DNA of 62,822 nt, filler included, from Asterionella formosa (GCA_002256025.1; 19 parts of 19 records of this genome joined end to end with filler, not necessarily neighbours in it); one strand, 5' to 3'. Positions 49,657-62,822 are shown, counted from the whole stretch's first letter. Numbers and translations: made by a program. The notes: a model not told the origin generated them from the sequence alone.

Positions 49657-50247
49657 AATATTGATCATAGCATTCATGCGCGGCATGTAACAAACAACGT
49701 TCGAGCAATTTTAAAAAGAGGAGGTGGGTTGCCTTTGTTATTTCCAAAATTGGAACTTGGATTTGGTTATTGTTGTACAGATATGAATACTACAAGCGAT
49801 TCGAATTCAGCAGACGAGGATACTAAAAGATATACTCCAGTGATTCAAAAAGGATATCGATTGCCACATATGGAGTTTCGTGTCATACGGAGTGATGGTG
49901 TTGTGCCCTTCCCCCATGGCTCCATCGTTTGTTCAAATGACCTACCGGCCCGCTTTCTGGTTCTAGCAATTGGTGCATGGCAAACTAATGAGTTAGTGGT
50001 AGCTCAACGACAACATCTACCAGTACTTAATATTGTACAACAGGATGATGACTTGTGTCTTGCCACTACTACTACTCTACAAGAATGCCATTCATCATCC
50101 TATCTACTCAATGTCGTGGATACTTTGATTGTACTTCGTCCAGATGGCCATGTTGCATCTATCATTAGGAAAAATGATTGTGATGTGGAAGCTGCACTGG
50201 TTGCTGCTCTAGGCATCTATTCTCCATCGAAGATGATCGCAAAATAA
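49657..50247 (+). CDS. FAD-dependent aromatic monooxygenase (PheA/TfdB-like), C-terminal part
   Basis: ELGFGY..GYRLPH..VLRPDGHVA are the C-terminal thioredoxin-like domain motifs of this family. Confidence 0.7.
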   Translation, partial: NIDHSIHARHVTNNVRAILKRGGGLPLLFPKLELGFGYCCTDMNTTSDSNSADEDTKRYTPVIQKGYRLPHMEFRVIRSDGVVPFPHGSIVCSNDLPARFLVLAIGAWQTNELVVAQRQHLPVLNIVQQDDDLCLATTTTLQECHSSSYLLNVVDTLIVLRPDGHVASIIRKNDCDVEAALVAALGIYSPSKMIAK

Positions 50248-50813
50248 TCTAGGACAAATGACAACCGGTACTACTGTATTCATTTGGCAGTTTATCATGG
50301 CTATACATACCGGTAGACAACTGGTAGAATGTGACATTCACATATCGTCTAGTGCCTGGTACCAGTACCGGCATAACGGTATATGGCCTACAGGTCGTAT
50401 ACCTGTACGTACATCGAAACCAGATCGCTCATTATGCATGAAGAAAAATATCAACAAGCAAAGTACCATGGTACCTGGTACTGGTACCGGTGAGATGAGA
50501 TGAGGAATTCATGAATCAGATGGAATGTAGAATCATGTTGTATAAACAGCGAAAGTAGTCAATCGCCTCTGCCAAGTGGAAGATAACTCCTGACAACGAA
50601 AAAAGCGGCGGCTACGAAAAAAAGAAACAAAACAAGCGAACAAGAAGGCAGGAAGTAAGCAAAAAATGATGGATCTATGTACCCCATGATGAAAATATAT
50701 ATACATTTTGCATCCTCCTCTCATCAGTTGCAAGAAACATACAGAAGCTTACATTTAGCCTCCTCTTCCTCCTGCTCATTACTCTCTGATAGAGCCTTTC
50801 AATAGCCACCGCC

Positions 50814-51452
50814 ATGAGGAATCGACAACCGTCAACGTTTCTGCTGTTGATTGTTGTTCTAATGAACAGTAACATGTTTGTGGATGGCGGAAGCAGTGCC
50901 GTGAGAATGGTATGGTCAGTTCCATCATTGTCTCGACAACTAATGTCCCTTCGAGGTGGATCGTTGCGTGCGATGGAACATGTTGACAACAATGAAGAAG
51001 ACGAAGAACCCCAGCCTGCGACCATGTCTACCGCATTGCAGAAGTATTCGATGAATCTACAATTGTTGTATCAACTTCGGGCCACAATATTATCTGAAGT
51101 ATTGGCAAAACGTGGAATACCATTAGTTACCATGGAAACTGTTTCTACTCCTGAAGGTACTAAACCTCCCGAATTGGTCGATTGGGATTGCGCCATGAGT
51201 ACAGAAGAAGAACCCAAGGTATGTCGCTCTTTATTGTAGGTAGTATGCCTGGCGGGGGGAGTCGATTCCTTTAATCCAGCACATGTCAACACACACACAC
51301 ACGCACACGCACACAATCTCTCTCTCACACACACATAAATATCCATAGACTTGTCTTTACTCCTTTGATGCCGAGCCCATGACCAAAGTCATTGCTCCTA
51401 TAAATACCGATCAATGGATATCGCTATCTGCCCTAAATCGCCTTCGACGGAC
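50814..51452 (+). CDS. Hypothetical protein with signal peptide, 3' partial; intron 51219-51348
   Basis: Hydrophobic N-terminus and an SLRGG motif. A GT-AG intron containing (CA)n splices in frame: ..STEEEPK|TCLYSFDAEP.. Confidence 0.7.
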
Positions 51453-51552
51453 NNNNNNNNNNNNNNNNNNNNNNNNNNNNNNNNNNNNNNNNNNNNTTAA
51501 TTAATTAANNNNNNNNNNNNNNNNNNNNNNNNNNNNNNNNNNNNNNNNNNNN

Positions 51553-53349
51553 TCCTCGACACATGGGATATTTCGGACCACTTCCCAGTTGCTGCGGACC
51601 TACCTGGGCTTACCAGAATCCCAGAGATGGGGATTGCCCCACCACGGCCGGAAACACTATACCGGCGGATTGTGATGGAGGAGAAGGAACTCAAAGTAAC
51701 CGTGGCTAATAGTAACTATTGGCAGCCACTAGCTGACTCGCTGGAAGAGGACCTGGAGGATGTAATCGAGTGGTCACATTCACTTGAAAACCCCACCAGT
51801 TACCACCAGGAAAGGTTGGATGGTATGGCCAAGAAGTTCACTACAACATGTCACCAGGTGGCAGAGGACCTGAACCTCCACCAACGGGTGGCGGGACTAA
51901 ACCCACCAAGAGTGACAGGACAGGTACGTCGGGCGATTGAGACCCGAAGGAGGATCTTCCGGGAAACCCGGAGGGCGGAGTCGCGAGGAGACCGTGAAGA
52001 TGCAGCACGGCTTGGGGACATGTACAAGGCTGCCAAAGAGAGGGCGCGGAAGGTGATCCGCCTCTCGGGTAGGCGGGCATGGTATAAGGCAATTAGGGAG
52101 GCTCATGTCACTATGCGCGAGAAACCTCGCCATTATTGGCGGTGGGCCTCAGCGACTGCAGGATGGCGCCAGAAGAGCAGCATCGCAGGTGTCCAACCGG
52201 TCCTTGACCCGGATGGACGCCTGCTGACAGCTTTGACTGATATTCATCAGGCCTGGGGAGCGCACTATGCCTCTCTAGCAGCAGATGAAACCGGTCATAG
52301 CCAGGAGGCCCAATATTGGGAGAAATTTGACCCGCAACCACAGGCAAATGAGGGGATCCGTTCGCTGGACGAACCCTTCACAACCTCCGATATTTGGACT
52401 GCCCTGAGGAAGATGAAGAGCCATCGGGCTCCGGGCGGTGACGGGATACCCACTGAACTGCTACAGGCATGTTTGGCGGAGGAACGGGCCCTACTTTCCC
52501 ACCTTCAAAACTATCGGGAAGAGGAGCCCACCCCGCCACCATCCACTCCAATGACGGACTCACTAGGAACCCTACTCAACTTTGCGTATGAGAGGGGACT
52601 GGTGGCCCAGTCATGGGCTGAGTCACTGGTCGTCTCAATACCTAAGAAAGGGGACTTGGCTGATATGAACAACTATCGGGGGATTTCGCTCATGGCCACT
52701 GTCCTCAAGGTGGTGTGTGTGATCCTTGGTACCAGGATAAATGTGGAAGCGGAATCTCGAGGGCTGTTTAGCCGAGCCCAGGCTGGCTTTCGCCAGAGAG
52801 AGGAATGTGTAACCCAGGTGGCCTGTGTCATGGAAATCATACAACGCCGGAGGATAGTGGGAGAGCCGACCTACGTGGTATTCGTAGACCTCAAGAAGGC
52901 ATATGATACGGTGCCCCACGAGGCGCTCTTTGCGAAACTATCCCGGTTTGGGATTAGGGGACGTTGCCTTGCTTTTCTACGTGCCCTTTATCGCAGCAGT
53001 ACAATCAGGGTACGAGTGGGGGGTGGCTTGACTGCCCTTTACTCGGACCCCTGCAGACTGTTGCGAGGTGTGCGGCAGGGTTGCCCTCTTTCGCCTATAC
53101 TGTTCAACATCTTCATTGATGACTTGGCAGTGGGGACGGAGGAGAGCGGTGCCCTGGTACCAACTGGGGACAGTCGCACATGGCGGAACTCCACACCCAC
53201 ACTGACAGTGGGGTGTACCCTTTTTGCTGATGATGCGGCCGGAATCTGCCCCTCCCTGGAGGCGGCCAAACGGTTCTGTACGCACGTTACCAACTGGGTT
53301 ACAGCTAACGAGATGAGTGTGGGCATAGGGAAGTGCGGGCTGATGGAAT
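51553..53349 (+). mobile_element. Non-LTR retrotransposon (LINE) ORF2: end of AP endonuclease and RT
   Basis: ISDHFPV, APGGDG, IPKKGD..NYRGISL, QAGFR, FVDLKKAYDTV, GVRQGCPLSPILFNIFI and FADD in one open frame. Confidence 0.93.
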
Positions 53350-53484
53350 NNNNNNNNNNNNNNNNNNNNNNNNNNNNNNNNNNNNNNNNNNNNTTAATTA
53401 ATTAANNNNNNNNNNNNNNNNNNNNNNNNNNNNNNNNNNNNNNNNNNNNCTAAAGATTCCTTTCACGGAAAACTCCACATTGCT

Positions 53485-54250
53485 TGAATTGTTTGAGCAA
53501 TTCCCGCTCCAGCTATCGTCTTGCCATTCGGGTACTTCTAAGTAATTTTTAGGCTCTAAGTAATTTCTTAAGTAATTTTTATTTAGGGGCAATATGGGAC
53601 TCATCGAATTTTTCGGGATTAAAATTGCCGATTTTAGCATGACAGCCAGAATAACGGTAAAAAACATAGAGATGGTACAACAAGCGTAAAACAAATGAGA
53701 ATGATTGTAACATGAAACATCAATGAAAATTGAACATGATGTTTGGAGCAACCAAAGTATGAAATGCGATGTAATAAGTAGCGTCAAATGAGAAATAGAA
53801 AAAATTGTTTTGGGTTAGAAATTAAGTAAAAAATAAGAGTTTCAATGGAGACGTATGCATTGTAGCACTTACACAGGCAACAATGACTTTCCATCACACC
53901 ATCGAAGAGCAAAATGAAACAGATAAGAATAAAAATGCTCAACCCAATTGAAATCTGCATTGTCATGTAGCATAGATAACAATCTGGTTGCTGCAACCAT
54001 GAACATCGCTGTAGTAGCCTGACCCAAGTTGCTTGCAGTCCTTCCGCCCACAGTCATTCCTCCCATTATACAGTAGCCCTGATCATTTCATTTCATTCCA
54101 ATCCATTCTGATTGATCATGATCATCAGGAAGCTCCAGCACTCTCTATCCACACCCTCTAGCTGAGTACAAGAAAAGCATTGCTTGGTGGCAATATTGAC
54201 ATCATGGTAAACGACTGTAAAAATCAACAAATACGATCAACAACAATACG
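53485..54250. repeat. Dispersed repeat, inverted homolog of ~9955-10750
   Basis: Direct sequence similarity to the 9955-10750 copy. Confidence 0.8.
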
Positions 54251-55344
54251 TCGTCAAGCTACTAGTACACAAATGACCAGTATACTGACTAGCACGTTGC
54301 AGTCATTTGGCTTTTAAATAAACGATTTAATGAAGGATAATGGAGCTAAACCTCTAGTATCCTCATCACAATTACCGCAACTTGCATTTACCGTATGTAC
54401 CTGGTACCGGTATGTAGACAAATATATACTTTCTGAAGGACCCAAATTTACTTTCAAGTGCATTGAACGGAATCACCGCTGTCCTATAACTAAGAGCTCT
54501 CCTAGTAAGTGGACGATAGAAACCATCGATGAACAATACTACTCCGGAGTACACACATTGAAAGTGACGAAAATACTGGTACCAGGTACTATCGTTCGCA
54601 AAACGCTCATTTCTTGTGCCCCTACGTACCAGCACTTGTAGTCTATTGATACCATCGCAGCATTGTTCGATGTCGGATCGGCCGAAGTAGGTTTCGCATT
54701 CTTGTACTTCGTTTTATCTCGAATCCAACATTTTGTTAGTTGAACACAACCAGACCGTTGTCTAGTCAGCAAGGTACAACCTAATATATATTACGCACAG
54801 GCCCTTACGTCGTTGCAACCGCGATTCTTCACCTGTTCTGTTCATGGACCTGTCTGGAATAAATCTGGCCACGTTCAATTGTATAGCGCTCCTTCAGCTC
54901 TTAATCAAAATACTTCCCTTCTGTCAGTAGCCAAAGTTGATTGGAATTCCTATCCAGAAATTTCCAATCCATTTTCTCATTGTGAAAATATCGATTGCTA
55001 TGAATGCCAGAAATATGAACGCTACCGCCACGTCAATTTCATTCTCGCTTCGTGTCTTGCAACAAAGCTACACTGAAACCAAGAGCAAAGTTGCTCTGAC
55101 CATTGTTTGTCTTGTTGTTTTGGGATTGTGCTTTGTGATACCAATTTTATATTATATACGCCTTCAATGCGATGAGCAGCAATATCGAAATATGCGGGCT
55201 TTGGAGATGAATATATTACGCGATGCGTTTTTAAACAGAGTTACNNNNNNNNNNNNNNNNNNNNNNNNNNNNNNNNNNNNNNNNNNNNTTAATTAATTAA
55301 NNNNNNNNNNNNNNNNNNNNNNNNNNNNNNNNNNNNNNNNNNNN

Positions 55345-56360
55345 AAGACTGCTGGGCTCAAAAGCCGCCCAAAGATGTGGCCGTGCCAGTGTCCATGCTA
55401 CACCACGTTGTTACTGAGAAAGAATGTTTGGCACCACAACATACTCAAGAAGCCAATCATCTGCAATGCCAAAATTCTCTTTCAGGACTCACTTACTAGG
55501 ACATGCTCCACCGATGCACAATGCTGCTGCCACCTTGGCATCAGGGTAGGGTAGATTGACATCAATGTTAGTGTCCACTTGCTCTTTTGATCGTTTCCAG
55601 CGACCTTGAGAGCTGATGTCATCCTGTGAGCACCCATTTCGTTGTGCATGTGTTGATGGGAATTTTTTCGTAGGCTGTGCATGCTGATTGGCCAATCGTT
55701 TAATAGGGTTTGTTCTTCGCGTTTTCTGGAGTATTGGGGCCGAGAGAAAGCAAACATAGCATAAGGATTTTGCGATGCTGCACTGGATTCCATGCCTTCT
55801 GTTTCAAGGTGGATGGCAATGGCAAGTTAAACACATTAGGTTGTTGGCATGCATCCAATGAGTAATTGATCAGGAGCTTCTCTCGCATCGTCCACATTCT
55901 TTGACCAACAGAGCCCTACAATCAGGGTAAATTGAAAACGGTCATTGGATTTAGATTTTCCTTCTTTAGTTGGACACAGTCATTGATTTGGCAAACCATT
56001 TGGAATTGGAATGTGCAAAGGGCAGACATTTCATAACAATGAATGCTGTCAGGATAGGTGTGTATTATTTTGCTAGTCGGTTTGGCATGAAGAAGGAGAT
56101 GGCTTTCTTGTAGTACTCAAGTGAAGTTGAGTGCCCCAATGTTGGATTGTCATCACAATGGATCTGGCTGACCAAAAACCTTGAGAGCCATCCATTTGTA
56201 GATGTCATCCGGTTGGATTTCAATGAGCTGCTCATCACTAAACTCATAGTCTTTACCATAGATTATTCCATATTTATAGGACATCATGGAAAGAGGAACT
56301 ATGCCATTGTATCTCTTGCATTGTCAAGGCTCATTGAACATTTGTCGTTTTCCTGTCATG
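55345..56360 (-). pseudogene. Decayed CryptonS tyrosine recombinase
   Basis: Fragments in shifting frames: DDNPTLGHSTSLEYYKKAISFFMPNRL, HSLRK, FPSTHAQRNGCSQDDISSQGRWK..LPYPDAKVAAALCIGG. Confidence 0.88.
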
Positions 56361-57355
56361 TTAATATTAGTCAATTCTTTATTTTACACAGCATGAAATT
56401 CGATGATTTCTGGTATACCAGGTACCAGGTACCAGGTACTAGTACCACCATCAAGGTGCATCAATTTCGCTATGCTTACTGGTCTTTCTCTGACTAATCA
56501 GAGTTTTTCAACCACAAAGGGAGTACAAAATCAACTGTCAGTACAACCGTTTTCTTGATTTTTTCTTTGGCTGTTCTACAGTATTGTACTTTTTTGTCAT
56601 AGTGTATCTGTTAGGCTGTTGATGTCGACAGGTGTAAGAAGACTAGGTAGTCTGAGGAATGTCTAAACGGAAATAGACAGGATTTATATATCAAAATAAT
56701 ATGCAGACAAGCGGCAAGAGAAAGTTCTTGACTGGTCATTCCACCAGGGCAGTACTGGAGTGCGCCAGAGTAGGCGCCATATATTTTAACATGGTAGCGG
56801 GCTCGTTAGTTCAAGTGGCACGAGCGAGGATATTCATAAAACCAGAGGTCGACAGTTCGAGTCCTCAGCAAGAACAGGAAGAAAAAAGAGAAGAGAAGAG
56901 AAAAAGAAAAAGAGAGGAGACAAGTATGTTATGCAGTGCCGGTATGTTGTATTCCGATATGATAAAACCTGGTACCTGGTACCGGTATCTGGTACCAGGT
57001 ACCCGGTACCCTGTACCCTGTACTATTTGATTACCGTAGCGATGATGGTTTTCCAGAGCAAGTTGCTGTAAATTAGCAATTTAGCTCTGTTTTCTTATAG
57101 TAAAAACCGTCTTGTACAGCAACTCCCTAGGTACTGGGANNNNNNNNNNNNNNNNNNNNNNNNNNNNNNNNNNNNNNNNNNNNTTAATTAATTAANNNNN
57201 NNNNNNNNNNNNNNNNNNNNNNNNNNNNNNNNNNNNNNNTCTATATATCTCCAACGTCTGCGCGTCCTGCCAATATCTACTCATTACCTCAATCGTTTCG
57301 ACTGGTGGCATCGAGTAAAACATTTGCGAGAACAAATGGATCGATGGGATATTGA

Positions 57356-57740
57356 TCACAAACAGGAAGAAACATTCATGACAACCATGTCAGATCCGTT
57401 CCATTGCAAATCTTCCTTCAATAGGTCAAACTCGTCATCCTTGAGCATTTGCCTTCCAGTGGCATAGTAGGACTGAAGCGCGTCCAGAAAGATACGCTCC
57501 TTTTCGGCTACTGTGAGACGAATGAGTTCCCCACTTTCCGGATCGACAACACAGTATTTCTCGTCAGGAATGCATTCTTCTTCCTGCAAGTTAGTCTCAA
57601 AGAATCGTCTAGACTTGGCGTCGTAAGCGATTTCTCTCGTTCCACTCGTAATGGTGATCTTTTCGTCGCTTCCTTCTTTGGCCATTAAAAGTGGACCAGC
57701 AACACGACCAGCTGTTGTCGTTGTCTTCCTTAAAGTTCGA
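57356..57740 (-). pseudogene. PGRL1: PGRL1 (PGR5-like 1) fragment, apparently truncated
   Basis: YCVVD..RLTVAEKERIFLDALQSYY..GRQMLKDDEFDLLKEDLQWNGS is the PGRL1 N-terminal signature. No signal peptide is visible upstream and the downstream exon does not splice cleanly. Confidence 0.75.
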
Positions 57741-57764
57741 TGATCTTAAATTCATTTACCGGTA

Positions 57765-58165
57765 CTGTCCCGCTGTAGTAGCAGCAGTCATAGACATATG
57801 GTGTTCTATTTATACAATCCTAAAACTATGATGATTTACTATGGTGTTCTATTGCTTGCTTATTATTCCGACTACCGGTACCGCTTTTCAGTTTCACGAT
57901 CATACAATCCTAAAACTATGATGATTTACTGTCCCACTGTAATTGGAACACTCATGAACATATGGTGCGTGTTCTATTTGTTTTTAGTTCTACGATCATA
58001 TGATCCTAAAACTATGATGATTTACTGTCCCAATGTAATTGCAACAGTCATGAACATATGGTGTTCTTTTGAATTTCAGTTTTATGATCATACAATCCTA
58101 AAACTATGATGATTTACTGTCCCACTGCAGTAGCAACAGTCCTGAACATATGGTGTTCTGTTGCT
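57765..58165. repeat. Degenerate tandem repeat, ~90-96-bp unit, about 4 copies
   Basis: ATCCTAAAACTATGATGATTTAC at ~57817, 57907, 58003 and 58095, with similar intervening sequence. Confidence 0.9.
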
Positions 58166-59170
58166 AGTTTTACTACTCCGACTACCCCCAGTATATCACT
58201 TACTACCTGCTACTGGTACTCTGTATATATATATGATATATTGTTATTGTCATATGATGTACCGGTACACATGAAGAGCTCCCAACCAAAAAGGGGCTTA
58301 AACAATTTGCAACCAAAACCCTGGCGGCTATTTAACGGTCTAAATAATTAGTTTCAACGGACGTAGAAAATATCGATGCAAACAAATTTCAGAAACAATT
58401 CCGGAACATGTAGTCGTGGAAAATAATGGACATATAGTGCATTGAGTATTTTCGAATTATGTATATGCGAGTATGATCATCTCAACCATATCAGATGTTC
58501 CATATCGAGAGCGCCTTTGAATTTTATAAATATATAACACTTAATATATATATATATATATTTATAAATTTTATTACTATATGCATGGCATATATATTTT
58601 TGAAATCGTTCTGTCATGTTAACAAACAATGCCTGCTGCTTCATGAAAAGATACGTCGTAGTAAAGCACATTAAAAGAAAAGAAAATTTTCGCAATACAT
58701 AAGGAAAAACATTGTGACTTCGACACATTGCGCATTCGAAGGATGGAGAATGTTTAAGGTAATGAAGCCATCAATGTGGTACTTGGATGACAATCGTTGG
58801 GAGACAGGCAGCACAACAACAAATTGTTAACTAAACGCAGCCACATTTCCTTTTTTCTCAGTTGATTAAACAGCTCGTTTCGCTTGTTGGGGAGCACCAA
58901 TGTAAAACAAAACCAAACCAAATTGCGTAAGTGCTCTTGTCGCTCGTTGGACCTATTCACTTCTGTTGGAACAAAGCTGACAAAACGTTTACCTTCTCTC
59001 AAAGTTAAGATGACAAAAATGAACCGGTAAGTTTNNNNNNNNNNNNNNNNNNNNNNNNNNNNNNNNNNNNNNNNNNNNTTAATTAATTAANNNNNNNNNN
59101 NNNNNNNNNNNNNNNNNNNNNNNNNNNNNNNNNNTATACATGTTTCCCACACTCACAAAATTCCTTGACA

Positions 59171-60583
59171 ATGGCGCCGCCTACAAATAATTCCTCGACA
59201 GTTGGCATTGTTGTCATTTCCATTCTCTATGCTATTGCGCTACTCCATCAATTGCCACTAGTGTGGCAAGACGTTCATCGCTTGGAAGCCGCAACGGAGA
59301 ATTCGATGTTCCTCGCCAAATCGAAGCGTCGTCCGGCCGTCGCAGAGGCGAATCAGAACCTGACAAATGCGAAACAGCGCGCAGAGATCATTGCCGCATA
59401 TTACAACGACACTCAAGACCAGTATGACAACCAAGAGGATTACCAAAAGTGCAAAATGAATGAACCGTGGCCCCGGACAGAATCACATGGCTGTGTTGTT
59501 GAGTCAGCCCTGACGATTTCCTATTGCCAATTCGAGCATTTCAGAATAGACGTTGCCAAAATCAAATCTGTTCGAGGTGGAGAGGCATTAACTGCTGTCA
59601 TGGGGCAAGCAGAAGATGTGGAATTTCCAACCTACACCAAGGGAGCCTTCCAAACAATGACACCGCCGAATCTTCCGGACGTGATGCCACCAGCACGAGA
59701 TATGTTCTACATTCATGACGTTATCAACGCCTTGGAAACCAAAGAAACACAACACTGCGTGAAAAACTTCCTCGGGACGACTATGTTTATTACGCGATAC
59801 GAATACTGCAATCTATACCACACCATGACGGACTGGTGGAACACTTTCCTTGCGCTTTCGGATCCACAAGCCGCAAAATCAATTCACTTGGTGTTTTTAG
59901 ATGGACATCCGCAAGGCAATTTGGATGTGGTTTGGGAGGAGATATTCGCGAGCGTGACATATGTCCAGCATCTGCCAAAAGAAGGCGTTTGCTTCGAAAA
60001 AGCCATCTTGATTCCACCTGGCTACATGTCACAATTGTGGACCCGTAATCGACTTTTCCTTGTCAAGCGTTGCCCAGCCATGACAGATGCCTTTGTGAAA
60101 TTCATGGTAGCTGCTCATGGATTGAATCATGTTCAAATGATACCAGGTCTTGTCATTTTGATTGAACGTGTCCCATATATTGGCCACCCCCGATCGCAGC
60201 CTGGAAAGGCAGCTCGCATAATACAAAATATGGCATTGGTTCGGGATCGCTTAGCAAAGGAAACGACAGCAACTCAAGTCCGACTTGTACAGTTTGAAAC
60301 AATGACATTTCGAGAACAGCTTGAACTGATACGGAGTGCTCATGTCATGATTGGTAATCATGGAGCAGGGATCACGCATTTACTTTTTTTGAATGATGGG
60401 GCACATGTTCTGGAGTTTAGTCAAGGTGCTTCAACCATGATGACTGACATGTCTGCATGGAAACCGAAAATTACACATACCCTGTTGCCATCTGTGAATT
60501 CGCCACTTCTGAGCGATGAGTTTGTGGAGCATTCACTGGTTCCCGCTGTGAAGAATGCTTTGAACTGGACAAGAAGTATATAG
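59171..60583 (+). CDS. Glycosyltransferase family 61 protein (type II membrane)
   Basis: N-terminal TM helix, ITRYEYCNLYHTMTDW, CFEKAI and MTFREQLELIRSAHVMIGNHGAGITHLLF. Confidence 0.88.
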   Translation: MAPPTNNSSTVGIVVISILYAIALLHQLPLVWQDVHRLEAATENSMFLAKSKRRPAVAEANQNLTNAKQRAEIIAAYYNDTQDQYDNQEDYQKCKMNEPWPRTESHGCVVESALTISYCQFEHFRIDVAKIKSVRGGEALTAVMGQAEDVEFPTYTKGAFQTMTPPNLPDVMPPARDMFYIHDVINALETKETQHCVKNFLGTTMFITRYEYCNLYHTMTDWWNTFLALSDPQAAKSIHLVFLDGHPQGNLDVVWEEIFASVTYVQHLPKEGVCFEKAILIPPGYMSQLWTRNRLFLVKRCPAMTDAFVKFMVAAHGLNHVQMIPGLVILIERVPYIGHPRSQPGKAARIIQNMALVRDRLAKETTATQVRLVQFETMTFREQLELIRSAHVMIGNHGAGITHLLFLNDGAHVLEFSQGASTMMTDMSAWKPKITHTLLPSVNSPLLSDEFVEHSLVPAVKNALNWTRSI

Positions 60584-61796
60584 TAATTTTGGAATTTAAT
60601 TTAAACTTTGTTTTGTCTACAAATAGCTATGCCCATATGGTGGTTTCCATTCATTTTAGCCCACTTTAAACAATGCATTAAACATTCTGGTCAATTGTGC
60701 AGGCTGACTGATCATTATCCTGGCAATCAGGGCATGAGAGTGCGTTAAAATGATTTTTTTGTACATTTATTCTATGCCAATCCATGCAAGGTTAGTTATA
60801 TAATTATGCATTTGAAATCATGTTTAAAGGTTCCTTTTTTATATACCAGTACACTTCCTGGAATGAAAAATCATGCCCATCAACCACACCACAAGGAAAA
60901 ATGAAGTGACAATACAACACAATGATACNNNNNNNNNNNNNNNNNNNNNNNNNNNNNNNNNNNNNNNNNNNNTTAATTAATTAANNNNNNNNNNNNNNNN
61001 NNNNNNNNNNNNNNNNNNNNNNNNNNNNTTCAGATAATATATAGATATATTCAAGTAAGCATTTTGATGTATTCAACTAATTCATGTGATCCATTCAAAA
61101 TCAACTAGGCTTATTTACGTGATGGTCACTTCACGTAATACGCGGCTTAGATGTACAGTCGTCCTCATTCATCCGATCTTTTGTACATTGCTAACCAATA
61201 CACATATCATGACATTTTTGATGAACAGGCATCCATTTCGAGCGTGATTTGTGCTTTAATTTGATGGTCAAGAAAGCGTTTATTATTCTGTACTGTGATC
61301 ACGTCATCTTTGCATGGTCAAAGATTTAAGAAAGGGATGGAAATGAATGCAATTAATTGAATGAATTCATCTGCTTGGCGCAATGGAAGTCAAGTACAAA
61401 ATTCCTTTATAAATTTGCCTCACACCATGCTGATGATAATGCATTAACTTCCATGATGCTTCATGATGCTTCGAATGTTTGTCTTACAAATCCTCACCAC
61501 TCAATTGCGCCGATGACTGTTTCAATGCACTCTGCTTGGTATACAAAAGATGAACTGTGCCTTTCCTGACACCGACAGCTGGCAAACAATTCCTCGATAT
61601 AATGGATTGCAGCCATTGCTTTTCTACTAGCTAGATCAGCACCGGGGATAGGATGAAAAGGAGAGTGATGGGTTGTGGATGCAGGGGTAAAAGGTACCGG
61701 TGGTCAAGACCTATGCCTGCCTGAACCTGATGCTATACCTGTAATGCATACTGAACTCCATGTAGTACCTGGTACCGGTGGTAAATCCTACACTTA

Positions 61797-62822
61797 GAGC
61801 ATCTCCACCGCATCGACCAAATACCAAAGCCAATTGCAGTTGAAAATATCAATGGACGTCACTTGGTTGAGAAATTTTTTATCAATAGTCGAATTTTTCA
61901 TATTTCTTCTCACCGCATCGACCAAATCCTAGGATAGTAAAATCTCGCGCCGAAACTTTTAGCAAATAGAAATATAGTACATTGTCTTTATATGTGTATC
62001 GTTGATATAGCGGTTCGTACTAAATAGCTATATAAACACAAAATGAAACAATGATTAATGATATTGAGGACTCATCTGATGATGATTGCCTCTACCATTT
62101 CCGCAAGATGCATCGTCAACAAAGAAGTGAGAATGATGCAAAGAAAATACAAAAGAGGGGAGAAGGTTCCAAGGTTGGCAAGGCTACTAACGTGAATCGC
62201 TTTCGCGCAGAGTATGATAAGCTGTTGAAGGACAACTATTTTGGCGAGAATCCAATCTACTCTCCTGCACATTTCAGGAGGCGCTTCCCCATGAGTCGCT
62301 CTTATTTAAAAAGATTCTTGAAGATTTGGTTGATGCGAATCCATACTTTGAACAGAAGAAAGATGCCTTGGGTCTGGTCGGTTTTCGCCGCATCAAAAGT
62401 TAACCTCAGCACTTCGAATGTTGGCTTACAGAACTTCGGTAGATCAGCTGGATGACCTCACAAGAATGGCTAAATCGACTCCACTCCACAACCTAAAAGT
62501 GTTTTGTAACTTAATAATCAGCAGGTATGGACAAGAATATTTGCGAGCTCCTACAAAGGATTACATGGAAATGGTTTGATGTTTACATGAAGCAAAGGGT
62601 TGGCCGAGACTTCTTGGTTCTTCATTGGATGTGATGCAGTGGGAATGGAAGAATTGTTCCAATGCACACAGAGGAGCGTTTCAAGGAAAAGATGAAGTGG
62701 CTACTGTTGCTTTGGAAGCTGCAGTTGATTGTAGACTTTGGTTCTGGCACGCATGGTTTGGAATGCCAGGTGCTAACAACGATCTCAATATTTTGGATCG
62801 TTCTCCGTTTTTCCGGGATTTG
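61797..62822 (+). mobile_element. PIF/Harbinger element: left TIR and degenerate transposase (~62051 to end)
   Basis: TTA|GAGCATCTCCACC terminus. YF..NPIY....FRRRF.M, GWP.LLGS..D.M.WEWKNC, LEA..D.RLWFWHAWFGMPGANNDLNILDRSP with frameshifts. Confidence 0.9.

Noticed and set aside
57765..58165. CRISPR-like periodic repeat
   Set aside because: The intervening sequences are homologous to each other rather than unique spacers. There are no cas genes and the context is eukaryotic.

Overview
This is not a contiguous locus. It holds 19 contigs joined by 18 artificial 100-bp spacers (44 N + TTAATTAATTAA + 44 N). All contigs are about 1.8 kb except one of 28.7 kb (3803-32463), so gene neighbourhood across spacers carries no information. 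Most of the DNA looks like a repeat-rich diatom (stramenopile) nuclear genome with short GT-AG introns. Host genes include a fused MtnB/MtnC methionine-salvage enzyme, Rab11, a five-module LRR surface protein, a 2OG-Fe(II) oxygenase, GINS Sld5, a PH-LRAT protein, a GT61 glycosyltransferase and a PGRL1 fragment. One GC-rich contig carries alphaproteobacterial nuoG and is probably from a co-sequenced bacterium. Mobile DNA dominates: Ty1/copia fragments, a LINE RT, a pogo element, a PIF/Harbinger element, TTAA-associated TIR elements and five pieces of a CryptonS-type tyrosine-recombinase (YR) element. The strongest signal is contig 34464-36263, where the Crypton's right end is joined to its left end through a loxP-like site (two inverted arms around a 9-bp spacer). 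Separate integrated right and left ends elsewhere in the window define the crossover, which points to an excised circle or a head-to-tail array. Also notable are a pogo element carrying an intact HIRAN-like second gene and recurrent GGTACC-seeded filler expansions. All family assignments come from motif recognition by eye; no searches were run.
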